DNA of 64,000 bases from a cyanobacterium endosymbiont of Rhopalodia gibba (GCA_045159875.1 CP067995.1:1376001-1440000), one strand, 5' to 3'. Counted from the stretch's first letter, positions 1 through 11,150 are shown. Notes: generated by a model not told the origin, from the letters alone. Translations and numbers: made by a program.

Positions 1-129
1 CTTATCCATCGCTGGCTTACATATCGTCCTCATCCGAAATTAGGCTCAATTGAGCCTAAACCTTCAGCATTTTTAGCACAAAGCAGCCAAAATACCACAA
101 TTCAGAATAATTATTTTGACTTTTTTTAG
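1..129 (+). CDS. Possible 3' end of a gene entering from the left edge (unidentified)
   Basis: Frame 1 is open from base 1 to TAG at 127-129 (LIHRWLTYRPHPKLGSIEPKPSAFLAQ...) and converges on hpf; no family recognised. Confidence 0.4.
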   Translation, partial: LIHRWLTYRPHPKLGSIEPKPSAFLAQSSQNTTIQNNYFDFF

Positions 130-225
130 TAATTGAGCGGCGAAAAGACAGGAAGAACAGAGTCTAATTCTCCCTGTGATATTAGCTTGAGTGAAATTAG
201 TTGGCTAACTATAAATTTTATAAAT

Positions 226-825
226 TTAATGAGAAGTGTTGCCATTTTCATTGGTTCCACGGGGTTGAATTACACCATATCCACCATGATTGCGAATATA
301 AACAACATTGATTTTATTAGTTTCTTTATTGCGGAACATATAGAAATCATGGTCTACCAATTCCAATTGATGTAAGGCTTCATCAATAGTCATCAGTGGC
401 ATGGCAAAATATTTCATGCGGATGACTTCAGATGGTAATTCTGGGGTGCGATCACCAATTAAGTTTCCTTCTACCGGACGTTGCTCAACAATTTCTGCAG
501 CTTTAACCAGATTGTGAGGTTTCTTGTTATTAAGTCTTTCTTTATATTTGCGAAGTTGACGAGCAATTTTATCAGAAACTAAGTCAACACTAGCGTAGAG
601 ACTTGTGCTGTCTTCTTGGGCCCTGATAACAGTACCATTGGCATAAACCGTTACTTCTGCTTTATATTTATCAATGATCCGAGCATTGCGAGCTACTGAT
701 AAATGTACATCAACTTTCGTTGTGATTGTTTGAAAATGTTTTACTGCTTTTTGGAGCTTTTCTTGTACGTAGTCATTAATAGAATTGGTAATGTCGATAT
801 TATTCCCCTGGATCAAAAGCTTCAT
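226..825 (-). CDS. hpf: Ribosome hibernation promoting factor, long form (cyanobacterial LrtA)
   Basis: N-terminal [13 protein letters not shown]...[24 protein letters not shown] domain plus C-terminal S30AE_C domain ([29 protein letters not shown]...NHGGYGVI). Confidence 0.95.
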   Translation of the reverse strand: MKLLIQGNNIDITNSINDYVQEKLQKAVKHFQTITTKVDVHLSVARNARIIDKYKAEVTVYANGTVIRAQEDSTSLYASVDLVSDKIARQLRKYKERLNNKKPHNLVKAAEIVEQRPVEGNLIGDRTPELPSEVIRMKYFAMPLMTIDEALHQLELVDHDFYMFRNKETNKINVVYIRNHGGYGVIQPRGTNENGNTSH

Positions 826-1370
826 ATTTAATACTCCATTGTTTATTAAACTTTATTCACATCAAACAGCAATAAAGAAATTAGCTGCTTGTTTTTCAAC
901 AAAGATGAATTAGCATCTTAAATGCTATTAGTTTGAACTGAAGTCTCAGATATTTTGCATTCTTTCATTAGCTTTCTAACCTTTTCCTAGATATTTTAAT
1001 TGTAGTTTATCTCTTCTTTATTGAAGCTTTATCTAAGATTGATTAATGATAGAATATAGGGGGAAAACAACTTCCGTAGATTTGTCAATTTGTATTTTGT
1101 CTTTCGTTTCACTTTAGTAGTTTATTAAGGCTCAATGTCAAAAAATGTTAGGATACTCCCGGACCTTTTGACTATATCTAGCAATCAAGGAAAAAAGTTG
1201 AACAGAAAAAAACAATAGACCTAAGTTTTCTCCCCCCCCCATTTCCCACTTAAAGGGAACTATTCCGACATACTCAGACTAACATGTTTGTATTGTCTTT
1301 AGCATCGCTTTTTATCTTCTTGTCATTTTCCTTCACAAATCTTGATGGTTTTTAAAATTATCTTCATGAG

Positions 1371-2066
1371 ATGAGACAAACTTCTCGATTGACTTTCAAC
1401 CATAAGGGACAACAACGACGATGTATTGTCTACCAGGGAGGAATTATCCCCTATGAGTTAGCCTGGAAGACTCAGCGCTTACTAGTTAAAGAACGCTTAG
1501 AAGACCAGACTTTAGAGGATATCCTTTTACTACTTGAACATCCTCCTGTTTATACTTTGGGAACCGGATCTAGTCTAGAATTCCTAAAATTTGACCTTGC
1601 TATGACCTCTTATGAAGTCCATCGTATTGAAAGGGGAGGGGAAGTTACCTATCATTGTCCAGGTCAACTAGTAGGATATCCCATTCTCAATTTACGCCAT
1701 TACCAACAAGATTTACATTGGTATTTGCGACAACTCGAAGAAGTAATTATTAAAGTACTTCAAGAATATGGACTTAAAGGAGAAAGAATATCTGGTTTAA
1801 CGGGAGTTTGGGTAGAAGGATATAAAGTTGCAGCTATCGGAATTAAGGTTAGTCGTTGGATTACAATGCACGGGTTTTCCTTGAATGTTTACCCTGACCT
1901 AAAAGGATTTAAACAGATTATTCCTTGTGGAATTGAAGATAAACCTTTAGGAAGCTTGGAGCAACTTATTCCTAACATTAAATTATCCAAAATACGTCAA
2001 GAAGTTGCTTTAGCTTTTGCTGACGTTTTTCAGGTTGATATAGTAAGTAAACATAGTCTTTTTTGA
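1371..2066 (+). CDS. lipB: Lipoyl(octanoyl) transferase
   Basis: [45 protein letters not shown] and IIPCGI motifs. Confidence 0.95.
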   Translation: MRQTSRLTFNHKGQQRRCIVYQGGIIPYELAWKTQRLLVKERLEDQTLEDILLLLEHPPVYTLGTGSSLEFLKFDLAMTSYEVHRIERGGEVTYHCPGQLVGYPILNLRHYQQDLHWYLRQLEEVIIKVLQEYGLKGERISGLTGVWVEGYKVAAIGIKVSRWITMHGFSLNVYPDLKGFKQIIPCGIEDKPLGSLEQLIPNIKLSKIRQEVALAFADVFQVDIVSKHSLF

Positions 2067-2542
2067 AAAAAACTATCCAATTAAATTTTTCAGTTGTTTA
2101 ATTAAGTTTAGTTTAAATGACTTTGCTACCATTTCTATTTATAACTAAAAAATATAATTTATTGCCCAATCAGATAACCTTTGCCTCAACTATAGAACTA
2201 GTAAATATGCTAATTCTTAGTCCTCTATTTTAATTTTTTTATAAAAGTATTCTAAACATTGATAAATGGAGAAATTTTTTTAAGTTTCTACATGTCATCT
2301 ATCGGCTTTACTTCTCTGATCGATTATTTTTTTAAAATAATTTGGAGAAACTAAGCCATCTCTATTTTATAAAACACGTCAAAGACAATCGTAGTCAATT
2401 CTATCGAAACAAAACCGTTGATATTCTAAATCATCAGGACATAAATTTTCTGTCAATAAAATCTCATTAATTAACCATTGATAAATTCATTAAAATCAAA
2501 GAGAATTACCTTTAAGATCTGAACCCTTCATGAACCCGCAAA

Positions 2543-2575
2543 AAGTATTGAGCATCGGATCGATGCTCAATACTT
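2543..2575. repeat. Perfect 15-bp inverted repeat, orphan hairpin
   Basis: aagtattgagcatcg-gat-cgatgctcaatactt, about 480 bp past lipB and inside a gene desert. Confidence 0.85.
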
Positions 2576-3077
2576 AATTTAAGATTGTTACTTTTGCAGC
2601 TATTGCCTTAGGTTATCTTATAAAAGATTAATTTAGAGAAGAAGTAGTGTGAAATTCAAGTTTTTTGATCTTCACAAAAAATTATAATTTGGATCAAAAA
2701 ATCTTCTGTTTTATTGTGTTCATCAGCTACCCAAATTCTGGCTATATGACTACTGTGCGTAAGCATAGATAATTAACAAATCTCCTGGCTAACATAATAG
2801 GGAAGCCCCCCCACTAGGACAAATCTCTCTTGTTTTTGGTTCTCCTAGGATGAACTAAAAAAATTTCTATGCTCAAAATGGAGGGTATTTACTTTTTTTA
2901 AGGGAAGGATACCAGCTTCGTAAAGCAACTCAGAAACGATATAATACTTTCTATATAATTTACATTTGCTCTAGTTACACACACTCTATTAAGAGTAGCA
3001 TGCATTGGCTTAATGGTTCTTATAAGTTGTGTTGATAATCAATTATCTTTGCCTATTTTATTAGGCTGTTTGCTCAG

Positions 3078-3275
3078 ACAGACTGTTAATAAAATAAGTT
3101 ACATTATGGAGCTTATGTTATTAATTTGTCAGAATGCGAGGAAGTCGGGAAATCTGTAGAATAAGTGAAAAACTTAGTTCAAAAGTCTATTATCAATTAT
3201 TTAGCCGAGTCAAAGAACTAAAAGTGTACGTACCATGAAGCCAAATTAATCTGTGATTATGTAGAATTAAGCTAA
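3078..3275 (+). pseudogene. hicB: HicB-family antitoxin remnant
   Basis: The frame from 3105 reads YGAYVINLSECEEVGKSVE*VKNLVQKSIINYLAESKN*KCTYHEAKLICDYVELS*. This matches the short HicB pattern YGAYVPDLPGCVAVGETVEEVK.LIQEAI..HL...P.....CDYVE, with two in-frame stops and no clear start. Confidence 0.65.
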
Positions 3276-3567
3276 GTTAGAGAATTTTGATATCATTCTC
3301 CCCGTACTAATGAAAGGGTATAATTCCTATGATGATCTGGGACTTTCTTTTTTTACTTCTTTGAAACACACACTAAATATTCGCGATTTAAGTCAAAAAA
3401 TGGTAAGTACTTCAATTCAACATCTTTAAAGATATAAAGGCCAATAATAACTATTTAAAAATCCCAAAAATTTAGTTAAGTTAAAACGGTTCTCCATAGA
3501 CTTGTTGAGGAAAAGATTAAGACCGTAACTTCTCGCAAAAGATAATATGACACGCTGTACCATTACA

Positions 3568-4968
3568 TCAGCGTCGGGACTGTTCAGGTTCTATATCGAT
3601 AATAATGTCGGGTGCAGTGGGAGTGGACTTAGGTTCTGCCACGGAAGAACTAGGCTGAGAAGAAGTGCCTAGGGAAGGAGATTCAATGGGGATAGGAATA
3701 ATTTTTGTCGGTTCTGGAATAGACGGCAATTCATCAGTAGGAGAAACTTCTGGTTCATCAGTAGGAGAAACTTCTGGTTCATCAGTAGGAGAAACTTCTG
3801 GTTCATCAGTAGGAGAAACTTCTGATTCATCAGTAGGAGAAACTTCTGGTTTTGGCGTAGAAAAACGTTGATTTTTAGATGGTGGAGTAGTTTTTCTCGG
3901 ATATTCAATCGATTCTGGTATGTTTGAGGGAGATAAAGAAGGACTAGGCTCTTTTTTAGTCGTTAAAATAAATCCTAAGATTAAGGCTCCAAAAATAGCA
4001 CTGACGACTAAAAAAGAGCCTAATACTAGAAGAGCCCAAGGGGTTTCGCTGTCGCATTCTGAGGAGCTCACAGAAGAGACTAATTGGGGTTTTAAAGAGT
4101 AAGGGTCTGACAAAACCGCTATGGTCGCGGCAGTAACAGTAGGCGATGAAATGTTTAGGGAAGCCAACATTTTTTTTGCTGTGAGGAAGCGATCCTTCGG
4201 ATGAAAGCAAAGAGTGCGATTAATAATACTAGTAAGATCAGAATCAAGATCAGGAATTTCTTTACCCCAGAGAACTTCCCCTGTGTGAGGATCAATCTCT
4301 AGATACTGAGGAGTTTTTCCAGTGAGTAGAAAGACTGCAGTTAACCCTAGACTATAAAGATCACTTGAATAAACTGGGCGACCAGCTGCTTGTTCAGATG
4401 GCATATAGCCAGGAGTTCCCCAGGCGATAGAATAGGCGGTTTTTCCATTGCTATTTATCATAGTGGCTACCGCTTCTTTAACAATACCAAAATCAATCAA
4501 GACCGGTTGACCATCTATAGCTCGGACAATAATGTTATCGGGTTTGATATCCCGATGAATAATATGGTGAGCATGAATGTAATCGAGAATTGGTAAGATG
4601 TTGCTGAGAAGTTCCGTAACTTCCGTTACCGAAAAATTTCCCCGTCTTTGGTGAACTTGAGAAAGAGTTTCCCCTTCAATCCATTCTTGTACTAAGTAAA
4701 AATGATTATTTTCAGAAAAATAGGCATACAGACAGGGAATTTGTGGATGATTCTCGCCTAATTTTTCTAATACAGCCGCTTCAAGTTTAAATCGCTCTTG
4801 TAACCACTTTGGAATCGATTGAGATTCTTGTAATGTGGGTTTTAGCTGTTTGATAACGCATTTTCTAGTTGAGGGCATCTGAGTGTCAATAGCTAAAAAA
4901 GTTTCTCCAAAGCCACCTTGACCCAAAGTTTCTAAAATTTGATAACGATTGCTCAACAGCATGGTCAT
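3568..4968 (-). CDS. Membrane-anchored Hanks-type Ser/Thr protein kinase with Pro/Ser-rich C-terminal tail
   Basis: GQGGFG, VIKQL, HRDIKPDN, DFG and GTPGYMPSEQ subdomains; TM helix WALLVLGSFLVVSAIFGALILGFIL. Confidence 0.92.
   Translation of the reverse strand: MTMLLSNRYQILETLGQGGFGETFLAIDTQMPSTRKCVIKQLKPTLQESQSIPKWLQERFKLEAAVLEKLGENHPQIPCLYAYFSENNHFYLVQEWIEGETLSQVHQRRGNFSVTEVTELLSNILPILDYIHAHHIIHRDIKPDNIIVRAIDGQPVLIDFGIVKEAVATMINSNGKTAYSIAWGTPGYMPSEQAAGRPVYSSDLYSLGLTAVFLLTGKTPQYLEIDPHTGEVLWGKEIPDLDSDLTSIINRTLCFHPKDRFLTAKKMLASLNISSPTVTAATIAVLSDPYSLKPQLVSSVSSSECDSETPWALLVLGSFLVVSAIFGALILGFILTTKKEPSPSLSPSNIPESIEYPRKTTPPSKNQRFSTPKPEVSPTDESEVSPTDEPEVSPTDEPEVSPTDEPEVSPTDELPSIPEPTKIIPIPIESPSLGTSSQPSSSVAEPKSTPTAPDIIIDIEPEQSRR
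3730..3849. repeat. 5 x 24-bp in-frame tandem repeat encoding (P/S)EVSPTDE in the kinase tail
   Basis: Unit ttcatcagtaggagaaacttctgg at 3730, 3754, 3778, 3802 (one substitution) and 3826. Confidence 0.95.
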
Positions 4969-5166
4969 TATTTAGTATGAAGGCAATAATATTATTACTC
5001 TAACAACAGGATGAGACCTTATTGTAAGGGGCTCAACAAACTATTGAGAAGGTGCCACATTCGATTGAGAAACTTGCATAATGTTCATTCATACTATGTC
5101 TTAAAAGAAGTTATACTACAACAATGATATTTTAAGACAAGATTAGCTTATTATCATCTGACTGAA

Positions 5167-5247
5167 TGCGGACGAAGAGACTCGAACTCTTACGCCAAGG
5201 ACACTAGAACCTAAATCTAGCGCGTCTACCAATTCCGCCACGTCCGC
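5167..5247 (-). tRNA. trnL: tRNA-Leu (anticodon UAG)
   Basis: Reverse complement GCGGACGTGGCGGAATTGGTAGACGCGCTAGATTTAGGTTCTAGTGTCCTTGGCGTAAGAGTTCGAGTCTCTTCGTCCGCA: acceptor stem, D-loop, CTAGA/TCTAG anticodon stem around TAG, variable arm and GTTCGA; CCA not encoded. Confidence 0.95.
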
Positions 5248-5264
5248 TTGCGTTCGGGTATATC

Positions 5265-5293
5265 ATCATAGTATTTTCTTTTGAGAAAGTCAA
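5265..5293 (-). promoter_or_regulatory. Sigma70-type promoter of tRNA-Leu
   Basis: Minus strand TTGACT-17 nt-TATGAT ending 17 nt upstream of the tRNA 5' end. Confidence 0.65.
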
Positions 5294-5363
5294 TACTCCG
5301 GACTCTAGGTGATTTTAACAATGAATTGTAATCACCATAATACCTTTTTAAAAAAGACAAGAA

Positions 5364-6809
5364 CTAATTTTTGTGCTGAGTTTGCAAGAAGTTCTCTACA
5401 GTAGAACTTTCAAAACTAGGATACTGTTGTTGCCAATCTTGGCCCAATACGATAGTAATGTCGGAGGAAAGGGTTCCGGTACTTTCGACTAAGACTTCTC
5501 CTACCCCTAGGATAGCTTTCAATGAAGCCGCCCCTAAATCATCTCCTTGCTGCGCGACAATGCGAGTAGTTGCCAAGGGTTCTCCCCAGTTATCACTCAC
5601 AAAAACTTGACCATAACCCCTCTCTCGTAAATAGTTAACCATAGCTTTCACGGCCTTTGAGTCTTCAACACTATCTTGAATCGCAATTCTCAAACGAGTG
5701 GGATTTTTGTTCTCAGAGTCTTGGTAATTACCATGATCGAAGTAGTCTGCGACCATTTCCTTGATTTTATGAGGGTAAGGAATCCAATAGCTTATCTTCT
5801 GTTTGCCATCGCCACTAAAGCCTCCAGGAACCATTAACATTTCTACATCAGACCGTTTAGTCTGAGCAGCAAATCCAGCTAAGGCAACTAACTCTTCAAC
5901 CGTTAAATTAGTATCAATATAGGTCCCAATCACCGAAAGAATTTCAGGCATTTTTAGAACTGTCTGGGGTCTAAGGGCTTGTTCAACCACCGCCCGCATT
6001 AACATTTGTTGTCGTTGTACTCGTCCTATATCTCCATAGCGATCATAACGGAAGCGTAAAAATGCAATCGCTCTTTCCCCATCTAGATGTTGTTCGCCTT
6101 GTTTAAGGTTAATGTAGAGATGTTGACTGTGGTCAGTATACTTCATATTTTTGGGGACATAAACATTAACACCCCCCAAAGCATCAATCACTTTTTCTAC
6201 CCCTTGAATGTTCACTCTGACATAACGATCAATGGGAACCCCTCCTAAAAGAGTACTAACGGCTTCAGCAGCTAAGGCTGCTCCTCCATAATAATTGGCT
6301 TCATTTATTTTTCGAATCCCTCGACCAATATTAGCTCGAGTATCCCTAGGGATTGATAAAAGCCTGAGTTTATCTTGATTGGGATCAAAACGTAACAAAA
6401 CCATTGTATCCGATAGCCCTTTAAAAGAATTCACTAAGGCATGATATCCTAAGTCTTCTTCAGGTTTTTCACTCACTTCTGAGGTTAAAACTTTAGTACC
6501 CAATACCAACAGATTAACAGGACGACTTAATTCAGGTAATCGTAGATTTCTATAAGCAATAGTGCTGTCTTGACTAAAAACTTTTTCTTGTCCAGGAGTC
6601 AGGCTACTTTGCCTTAGAGGAGTAGCGGAAAATGATATGGAAAGAAAAGCGCCAGCCATAGCAGAAACCAGGGATACTGCAGTTAATCCTAATCCAATCA
6701 ATAACCAGTTACCCCTTTGCTTTGTGGCATTAGGCTTTTTTAAAGATAATGGTTTACTTGGGATAGGACTTGTCGGATAGGTTTTTTTGACTGACACAAT
6801 TCTCCTCAC
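5364..6809 (-). CDS. LCP (LytR-CpsA-Psr) family cell-envelope protein with LytR_C domain
   Basis: N-terminal TM helix, SDTMVLLR, LLSIPRDTR, KINEANYYGG, LRFRYDRYGDIGRVQRQQ and C-terminal DITIVLGQDW. Confidence 0.92.
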   Translation of the reverse strand: MRRIVSVKKTYPTSPIPSKPLSLKKPNATKQRGNWLLIGLGLTAVSLVSAMAGAFLSISFSATPLRQSSLTPGQEKVFSQDSTIAYRNLRLPELSRPVNLLVLGTKVLTSEVSEKPEEDLGYHALVNSFKGLSDTMVLLRFDPNQDKLRLLSIPRDTRANIGRGIRKINEANYYGGAALAAEAVSTLLGGVPIDRYVRVNIQGVEKVIDALGGVNVYVPKNMKYTDHSQHLYINLKQGEQHLDGERAIAFLRFRYDRYGDIGRVQRQQMLMRAVVEQALRPQTVLKMPEILSVIGTYIDTNLTVEELVALAGFAAQTKRSDVEMLMVPGGFSGDGKQKISYWIPYPHKIKEMVADYFDHGNYQDSENKNPTRLRIAIQDSVEDSKAVKAMVNYLRERGYGQVFVSDNWGEPLATTRIVAQQGDDLGAASLKAILGVGEVLVESTGTLSSDITIVLGQDWQQQYPSFESSTVENFLQTQHKN

Positions 6810-6996
6810 ACCTTAACGATGTGTCCGTTGTAGTTAGGTTTTACTTTGCGCATGTTACCTGACCATGTTGATCACCACAACTTGCTTGGGACTTAGGTAG
6901 TTATCCCATTCGCAAGATTATGCCACAAGATAGAGAAATTGGCTATTTACATTTTAATTCTATCGTCATCTTTTTAGACAAAGTTGGATATAAAGT

Positions 6997-7635
6997 ATGG
7001 GAACACAAAGGACAACTAGAGAATTATTGTTGAAATTTGGTATCATCAATGAAATTAAAAACAGCACAATCCTCCAACCATTTCTGGATCAATTTATGGG
7101 ACTCTCTAGGTGGTCAAAAAAGCTAAATCTTAATCGGCAAGCTATCCGTAAGCGTATTCTCAATGATCCTTATTATCGGTTCTGTTCCCTCGAAGAAGTT
7201 GAGATTGCAGCGGAATTAGGGGTAACAATTGATGTTAATCAAGCAGGTGTGGATGATTGGTTGAGATTGCCTGGACTTTCCATTCACCAAGGGCGTACCC
7301 TAGTAGCGTTAGTCTCAATGGGGGTAGAGTTACTCTGTATCGAAGACTTAGCTGCTGCTTTAAGTATTCCAATACAAAGTCTTAAACCCCTAGCTCCCAT
7401 TCTTGTTTTTTCCTACCGTGATCCCCGAAGTTTACTAATGTCTCAACGGGTCAATATCAACTGCGCTACTTTAAAAGAACTTCAAGATATCCCCATTATT
7501 GATGCTAATCTTGCTCAAAACCTGGTGAACAATCGTCACGAAAACGGTGGTTATAAGGACTTCGCTGATTTACAACGAAGATTAGCCCTAACAGGAGCAA
7601 TCGTCTCCGAATTGATGCACTATTTACAATTCTGA
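6997..7635 (+). CDS. ComEA-like helix-hairpin-helix DNA-binding protein (start may be ATG 7096)
   Basis: Two HhH modules: IDVNQAGVDDWLRLPGLS and VNINCATLKELQDIPII...GGYKDFADLQRRL. Confidence 0.8.
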   Translation: MGTQRTTRELLLKFGIINEIKNSTILQPFLDQFMGLSRWSKKLNLNRQAIRKRILNDPYYRFCSLEEVEIAAELGVTIDVNQAGVDDWLRLPGLSIHQGRTLVALVSMGVELLCIEDLAAALSIPIQSLKPLAPILVFSYRDPRSLLMSQRVNINCATLKELQDIPIIDANLAQNLVNNRHENGGYKDFADLQRRLALTGAIVSELMHYLQF

Positions 7636-7668
7636 TGCTGAGGTTTAAATTTTTAATCCTCATTCATA

Positions 7669-8028
7669 CCTTTGTTAAGACGGTATGGGAATTCCATCAA
7701 TGCCCTGAATGTTTTACAATTACTAACTCTCTAGTGGCAACTTGTTTAGTCCATTCGTCGTGAAGGGGGACTCAAAGTTAGGGCAATTCCTAAGTTAAGT
7801 CTGTGGTTAGGTTTCATTCACCTCCGTTGGTTGGCCTATCATACTGAGTATGAAAACCATACTTATCTTTTTAGATCGCCAAGAACAAGAAGTAATACCA
7901 GTGTAATCTATAGATTCTATTGTCGTTAATTTTACCCGTCAAAACAGAAACCCCGTTTAATCGATGAGGTATTCTATGAAATTCCTGGAGAAACTGTTGT
8001 AGAATTCTTGATTAATATAGTTAGTTGA
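7669..8028 (+). pseudogene. Decayed ORF directly downstream of the comEA-like gene (unidentified)
   Basis: Protein-like frames PLLRRYGNSINALNVLQLLTL*WQLV*SIRREGGLKVRAIPKLSLWLGFIHLRW, then LDRQEQEVIPV* and KPRLIDEVFYEIPGETVVEFLINIVS*. They are linked by frameshifts, and the DNA is less AT-rich than the flanks. Confidence 0.5.
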
Positions 8029-8445
8029 TTCACGTTTACGGTGAATCTTCTGTTACAATTTTCCATCGCCACTAAATAACTCAACAAAAATATAAATAAA
8101 GTTCTAACTTTTAAATAAAAATTACTCTTAACTTAGATATAAAATAGGGTAGATAAAGTTTTTAAATAAATATGAAAATTAAACTTGTATTCATAGCTAA
8201 ATGTGTCATAATAACTTATCTAAATTTTAAAAAAATTGTGCTTTTTCTTTCAATTTTAAGAGATGAAAAATATCAATAACTTATTTCATCTTTGAAAATA
8301 AGAAAACTTATAATGTATCTGTTCCAGACTAAGTTTTTACTTTAGTGAAAAGATATTAATTTTTATTGTTTAGGCACTCTTAACTAGATATACGGAGACT
8401 CTATTTGAGATATAATTATCCTGTATTAGGAAAGAGAAGCAACAT

Positions 8446-10074
8446 ATGTCAAGTTGGTGGAATGAAGCTGTATTTTATCAAGTTTGTCTTCGTAGTTTTC
8501 AAGACTCCAATGGAGACGGAATCGGAGATTTAAGGGGGTTAGTAGATCGTTTAGATTATTTACAAGAGTTGGGAATTAATGCAATTTGGGTTACTCCATT
8601 TTATGAATCTCCTCACGTTGATTTTGGTTACGATGTGAGTAGTCATAAAGATATTGATAGCCGTTATGGAAATATATCAGACTTTGAAGACTTAATCTCG
8701 GAAGCCAATAAACGTAATCTGAAAATTGTCGTTGATATTATATTAAACCATACCTCAGATCAACATCCTTTTTTCATTGAATCTCGTCGTTCTTGCACCT
8801 CTTCAAAACGAGATTGGTATATCTGGCGTGACGGGAAACCCGATGGCAGTCCCCCTAATAATTGGGAAGGATTTGAGCAATCAACATGGACTTTTGACCC
8901 TAAAACTAATCAATATTATTATCATTTCCACTATCATGAACAACCTGATCTTAACTGGCGTAATCCAGCCGTTGTTGAAGAAATGTTTAGTATTTGTGAT
9001 TTTTGGTTAAATAAAGGGGTGGCAGGACTACGATTAGACGCCATTAATTATTTAGTTGAAGATCCTCAATTGCTAGATAATCCTATCCTTGATAGGGTTC
9101 CTGATTACCTGCGTAATATTTATCAATTCAATCAGGATCCTATTCACACTATCAATCATCCTGAAAACCATAGAATTTTAAAAAAACTACGTCATCATGT
9201 TAAAACAAATCATCAAAATGACCCTTTATTAATCGGAGAAGTTTGGGTTCCAAATTTTTATGAAATCAGGCGATTCTATGGAGAAAAAGATGATGAAATC
9301 CAATTGCCTTTTAACTTTTTCTTAAGTACCCTTCCTCAAGTAAATGCTCAGTATTTTCGAGAAATGATTGTGGAGTTTCAGCAAGTTCTAGGAGAGCTGC
9401 CAACTACTTTAGTTTTAAGTAACCATGACTTTGAACGAGCAACCAGTCGCTATGCCACACAAGAAAATTCCGATGCGATGGCTAAATTGTTAGCTACTTT
9501 GTTGCTAACTCTACGAGGTATCCCGTTTATTTACTATGGAGAAGAATTAGGACTTCGAGATTATCCCCCAGAAACCATCGAAGAAGTTCAAGACCCACGA
9601 GGTCGAATTCGTTGGCCAGACTATAAAGGTCGTGATGGCTGTCGCACTCCGATGCCATGGAACAGTCAACCTCAAGCGGGATTTACCACTGGTCAACCTT
9701 GGTATAAACTCAATCCAGATTATCGAATGCGCAATGTTGCTGTACAAACGGATGACCCTAATTCCATCTTGAATCATTACAAAAACCTACTCAAATTACG
9801 GCGACATTGCCTCCCATTGAGTCTGGGTCAATTAACTATGTTAGGAGATGATCTTAGGGTATTGGCATATATGAGGTCTTACGAGGAGCAAAATGCTTTA
9901 ATTGCACTTAATATGTCGAATAATCACACTCAATTTTTCTTAGAAGAATTACCCCATCAAAGAAATTTATCATGGAAAATTATCTTATCCACTCATGTTC
10001 AATCAAAAGATAAAATCGTTAAGAAGACTTTAACGTTAAATCCGTTTGAAGGAATTGTTGTCGTTCCTATTTAA
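8446..10074 (+). CDS. GH13 alpha-glucosidase (oligo-1,6-glucosidase-like subfamily group)
   Basis: SFQDSNGDGIGDLRG, DFGYDVS, LNHTSDQH, QPDLN, catalytic GLRLDAI / IGEVW / SNHD and GRDGCRTPMPW. Confidence 0.92.
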   Translation: MSSWWNEAVFYQVCLRSFQDSNGDGIGDLRGLVDRLDYLQELGINAIWVTPFYESPHVDFGYDVSSHKDIDSRYGNISDFEDLISEANKRNLKIVVDIILNHTSDQHPFFIESRRSCTSSKRDWYIWRDGKPDGSPPNNWEGFEQSTWTFDPKTNQYYYHFHYHEQPDLNWRNPAVVEEMFSICDFWLNKGVAGLRLDAINYLVEDPQLLDNPILDRVPDYLRNIYQFNQDPIHTINHPENHRILKKLRHHVKTNHQNDPLLIGEVWVPNFYEIRRFYGEKDDEIQLPFNFFLSTLPQVNAQYFREMIVEFQQVLGELPTTLVLSNHDFERATSRYATQENSDAMAKLLATLLLTLRGIPFIYYGEELGLRDYPPETIEEVQDPRGRIRWPDYKGRDGCRTPMPWNSQPQAGFTTGQPWYKLNPDYRMRNVAVQTDDPNSILNHYKNLLKLRRHCLPLSLGQLTMLGDDLRVLAYMRSYEEQNALIALNMSNNHTQFFLEELPHQRNLSWKIILSTHVQSKDKIVKKTLTLNPFEGIVVVPI

Positions 10075-11087
10075 ATCAATAACTGGCGTTTTATTTAAAT
10101 TTAGCTGGGATGATAGAGCGACGGCTGAAAACCTGAAACCATTATGCACCGAGTACCTTTACTTAACTTCAATGTGTAAGTTTTTGGAGTACGTGTCGTA
10201 GTGGTTTTCAGCTGGATTTCAACATAAAATATAGTTGACTGTGTTTGCAGTTGCCACTTCTTTTTTTTTGCTAACATGGACGGTTTGGCAATGACGTTAT
10301 TTATACTTTTTATAGCTAAGCTTCATAAACGTTTGTTCTCAACTTTTAAACCTCATAGACAGTTTATTTGAGTTTGTCGTCATTGTTGAAAAACTTATGA
10401 TTTGGGTATTCAATTCTCCTATATCAGTTAATATTTTAAATTTGATTTTTCAACACAGTTTTCTAGGCAATCTTTTTGGATTATTTTTTTATTTAACTGA
10501 AACTTATGAAACTTAAACTTTTTATAATCGGTAATTTTACACAGAAGTAGTGAAGTCTTAGGATCTATTTTGTACTAAGTCTAATACTTTTTTATGAGCT
10601 AAAATAATAGCTCATTTTAGAGCTTGAATGATAAGTTATTTTTTCCTTGGGCAACAACTTTAACTTCTCTCGTCCTAATTCTATTAAAAACTCTACATTG
10701 GTCGGATTTGTTAAAAGATGTAACCTGTTTATTTCTTTTTCGTAGTTGACTCAAACTAGATAAAAAAATGAAACTCACAACTCACCATGGAATTATATTC
10801 TTAAACTTATTGTCCCTTCACATCTTTTCTTTTAATCATATTGTCAAGTTTATCCCAGATAAGTCCCTATCCAGTCTTGCCGGCTGTTCTGACAAGAAGA
10901 ATAAATTAATTTTTTCTTTTTGTCAGGAAAAAAAAATGTGGTTTTTCTATCAGTATTGCTCATCACAGTAGAAATAAGTAGAAAAAAATTTAAGTTTTGT
11001 GTGGATCAAAAACTAACGATAGATAAAGCAGGCATAGTTTTCTCCCTCGAGCAAATTATTTAAATACTCAAATTTTTCAATTAAAAA

Positions 11088-11150
11088 ACTGTCCTAACGT
11101 TTTTGCGTAGTGCTATAATCCCCAGCAGGTAGTACTGTCCTAACGTTTTT
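11088..11150 (+). promoter_or_regulatory. Extended -10 promoter flanked by a perfect 17-bp direct repeat
   Basis: actgtcctaacgttttt at 11088-11104 and 11134-11150, with TGcTATAAT at 11111-11119 between them; the HAD ATG is at 11159. Confidence 0.6.

Noticed and set aside
3665..3908. Short ORFs 3665..3871 (+) and 3669..3908 (-) with repeating peptides; possible CRISPR-like array
   Set aside because: They are alternate-frame shadows of the 24-bp tandem repeat in the kinase. The units are contiguous with no spacers, so this is not a CRISPR array.
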